NCBI RefSeq assembly: GCF_000155895.1
Contig: NZ_DS995298.1
Span: forward strand, 1,050,001 to 1,082,000
Direction: 5' to 3'
DNA length: 32,000 nt
From: Candidatus Pelagibacter sp. HTCC7211
Lineage (GTDB): Bacteria > Pseudomonadota > Alphaproteobacteria > Pelagibacterales > Pelagibacteraceae
Positions 29,860-32,000 of this stretch are shown here, in pieces. Numbering within the stretch: the first letter of the stretch is position 1; each line of letters starts with the position of its first letter. The notes under the pieces were generated by a model, which was not told the DNA's origin, made no database searches, and saw nothing but the letters and a program-made list of their open reading frames with translations. The position numbers and the translations under genes were made by a program.

Positions 29860-30642
29860 TTATTTATTTTTGAATTTTGGTTTTGTTTTATTTAAAAATG
29901 ATTTGTATCCAATTTTAAAATCTTCAGTATCATAACATTTATAACCAAGATTATTTATTTTCTCAGTTACTTTGCCATTTTTAAGAATATTTCTAGCAAA
30001 TTGCTTATGCCATCTTGCTACTTTTGGAGCACCTTCACATATTAATTCTGCAGATTTATAAGCTTCTTTTTCTACATCTTTATCATTAACAACTCTATTA
30101 ACGAGCTTTTTTTCAAAAGCTTCCTCAGCACTAAAAACTCTTCCTTCAAATAAAATTTCCATTGCTGTTGAATAATTTGTTACCTTTAAAAGTACTTCTA
30201 ATTCTTTAGCGGCCATTGTTAGTCCTAATCTTTTGATTGGTACACCAAATCTTGAACTTTTACCGCAAATTCTAATATCGCAACAACCTGCTATTTCTAA
30301 TCCACCACCTACACAAATTCCTTCAATTAAAGCCACTGTTGGTATTGGGCAATTAAATATTTCACCTAGAGTTCCATGTAAATATTTTCCATAGTCTTTT
30401 GCAAGCTTTGATGAAGATCTTTCTTCCTTAAACTCTCCAATGTCATTTCCAGGAGAAAATGATTTTCCACCCTCGCCTCTAATAATAATACATCTTAATT
30501 TTTTATTTTTTGATAGTGTTTTAAATACTTTTCCAAGCTGAATCCACATCGGCTTAGTCATTGCGTTTAATTTATCTGGTCTATTTAAAACAACTTCAGC
30601 TAAATAAATATTTTTTTGATTTAATTTAATTAGTTTACTCAT
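29860..30642 (-). CDS. Crotonase-superfamily enzyme (enoyl-CoA hydratase/isomerase family; atypical active site)
   Basis: 260 aa with oxyanion-hole segments FSPGNDIGEF and CVGGGLEIAGCCDIRI. The first catalytic Glu (GGGLE) is present. The position of the second Glu (consensus P-E-x-x-L-G) reads GVPIKRLG. Confidence 0.82.
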   Translation of the reverse strand: MSKLIKLNQKNIYLAEVVLNRPDKLNAMTKPMWIQLGKVFKTLSKNKKLRCIIIRGEGGKSFSPGNDIGEFKEERSSSKLAKDYGKYLHGTLGEIFNCPIPTVALIEGICVGGGLEIAGCCDIRICGKSSRFGVPIKRLGLTMAAKELEVLLKVTNYSTAMEILFEGRVFSAEEAFEKKLVNRVVNDKDVEKEAYKSAELICEGAPKVARWHKQFARNILKNGKVTEKINNLGYKCYDTEDFKIGYKSFLNKTKPKFKNK

Positions 30643-31926
30643 TTAACTCCTATAAAAGTATTCAACTAATGTCATTGGAATGGCTGGAACATAAGTTACC
30701 AACATTAACAATATCAATAATACACAAATAAATGAGAGATTTTCTCTTGTTACATCCCAAATATCAGCTTTAGCAACTGAACATGCGGTGACCAATACAC
30801 TTGCTACAGGAGGTGTTTGTTGTCCAATAGCTAAATTCAAAGTAACTATTATTCCAAAATGAACTGGATCTATTCCAACTGCATTTACCAAAGGCATTAC
30901 TATTGGAACAGTAAGTATTATTGCTGCCACTGAGTGTAAAAAGAAACCAATAATTAATAAAAATACATTTAGTATAGCTAAAACTGCATATTTATTATTT
31001 GTAAAATCAATAATTGATGCTGCAACTTTTTGTGGAATTTGTTCAATTGTTAAAAATTCACCTAATAAAACTGAAGCCGCAACTAATAACATCACTGATG
31101 CTGTTTGAATTGCTCCTTCTGTAGCTGATTCGTATAATCTTTTGAAATCAATTTCTCTATAAATAAATCCAATAACTAGTGAGGCAACAACTGCTAGACC
31201 GGCACCTTCAGTAGCTGTTACAACACCACCAAAAATTCCACCCAAAATTATTACAGGTAGTAAAAATGCTAATGCTGCATCCTTTGCAGTTTTTTTAACA
31301 TTTGGAATATTAAATGTTTCCTCAACAGGAAAGTTTTTACGTCTTGCAGTAATATATGCTGCTAACATTAAAAAGAAACCTCCAATTACACCTGGAATAA
31401 TTCCAGCTACAAACAATTGTACAACAGAACTTTGAGACATTACTGCATAAACAATCATAGGTATTGATGGTGGAATAATTATTGCTAAAGAAGCTGATGA
31501 TGATGTTACTGCTGCAGCAAATGCACCCGGATATCCTTTTTTCTTCATTGCAGGTATAAGTATTGAGCCTAATGCAGCAACATCGGCAACAGCAGAACCT
31601 GAAATCTCTGCAAAAAACATTGATGTAGCAATATTAATCATACTTAAGCCACCTTTAATAAATCCTACTAAAGCTGAGGCAAATGCAATTAATCTCCTAG
31701 AAATTCCAGCACTATTCATTATTGAGCCTGCAAGAATAAACAAAGGTATTGCGATTAATGGAAATTTCATTGATCCATCAAATAAAACAATAGCTGTATC
31801 TATTAAAAAACTTGTTCCTGTTTTCAAAACCATTGCAACAATTGTTGTGACTGCAAGACCGATAGCAATAGGAACATTTATTGAAAGAAGGAAAAGTAGA
31901 ACTGCAAACATTGTTAATATTATCAT
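30643..31926 (-). CDS. dctM: TRAP transporter large permease subunit
   Basis: 427 aa, a roughly 12-TM DctM-type sequence. There is no gap to the crotonase gene, a TAATG overlap with the upstream ORF, and a GGAGA Shine-Dalgarno 6 nt before the ATG. Confidence 0.9.
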   Translation of the reverse strand: MIILTMFAVLLFLLSINVPIAIGLAVTTIVAMVLKTGTSFLIDTAIVLFDGSMKFPLIAIPLFILAGSIMNSAGISRRLIAFASALVGFIKGGLSMINIATSMFFAEISGSAVADVAALGSILIPAMKKKGYPGAFAAAVTSSSASLAIIIPPSIPMIVYAVMSQSSVVQLFVAGIIPGVIGGFFLMLAAYITARRKNFPVEETFNIPNVKKTAKDAALAFLLPVIILGGIFGGVVTATEGAGLAVVASLVIGFIYREIDFKRLYESATEGAIQTASVMLLVAASVLLGEFLTIEQIPQKVAASIIDFTNNKYAVLAILNVFLLIIGFFLHSVAAIILTVPIVMPLVNAVGIDPVHFGIIVTLNLAIGQQTPPVASVLVTACSVAKADIWDVTRENLSFICVLLILLMLVTYVPAIPMTLVEYFYRS

Positions 31927-32000
31927 TAAATATCTCCTGTTTGCTCAACACCCGATGTTTGCAAAACTAAATTTCTATAATCTTCTGGTATTCTTAAAGT
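31926..32000 (-). CDS. dctQ: Probable TRAP transporter small permease subunit, C-terminal 24 codons only
   Basis: The minus-strand frame is open from the window edge and reads TLRIPEDYRNLVLQTSGVEQTGDI*, with its stop TAA overlapping the dctM ATG (TAATG). Identity is inferred only from the canonical dctP-Q-M order; the fragment is too short to recognise. Confidence 0.45.
   Translation of the reverse strand, partial: TLRIPEDYRNLVLQTSGVEQTGDI

Noticed and set aside
23091-32000. The idea that the metabolic cluster is a tRNA-targeted genomic island or integrated element.
   Set aside because: I saw no integrase, recombinase or transposase gene. I noticed no duplicated copy of either tRNA 3' end in the window, though this was by eye rather than an exhaustive search. 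Base composition and gene packing look the same as in the core array.
1-32000. A window-wide search for CRISPR arrays, defence systems, toxin-antitoxin pairs, prophage genes, rRNA, and riboswitch-sized leaders such as the glycine or SAM riboswitches common in SAR11.
   Set aside because: None were found. The only non-coding stretches longer than 20 bp are 22933-23090, 23257-23373 and 24547-24591. The first two hold tRNA and nuo promoter candidates, and the third is too short for a riboswitch.

Overview
This is a strongly AT-rich, very gene-dense chromosomal window. Its gene order is alphaproteobacterial and its compaction looks Pelagibacterales/SAR11-like; that assignment comes from synteny and compaction only, with no search run. 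Bases 1-22932 form one uninterrupted minus-strand array of 22 housekeeping genes: nuoA-N (complex I), then birA, coaX, rnj, a DUF1467 membrane protein, proS, lolC, lolD and the 5' part of dnaE. Using the coordinates called here, only 26 nt in that array are non-coding, and most junctions are start/stop overlaps. Just upstream on the same strand sit tRNA-Val(UAC) and tRNA-Asp(GUC), with a good sigma70-like promoter. Bases 23374-32000 hold the only accessory-looking content. It comprises a class V (AGXT-type) aminotransferase; a divergent operon of a mandelate-racemase-subgroup enolase plus a 966-aa FAD/Fe-S/CCG (YdiJ-type) dehydrogenase; and a convergent operon of TRAP dctQ(partial)-dctM, a crotonase-fold enzyme and a family III CoA-transferase. 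I saw no transcription factor, mobile element, CRISPR array, defence gene, rRNA or riboswitch-sized leader. The best novelty candidate is this regulator-less organic-acid module, whose substrate cannot be named from sequence. Secondary curiosities are a minimal BirA with a degenerate GRGRRGR loop, a crotonase lacking the second catalytic Glu, and unusual translational-coupling junctions in the nuo operon. Most of the window is ordinary core genome.
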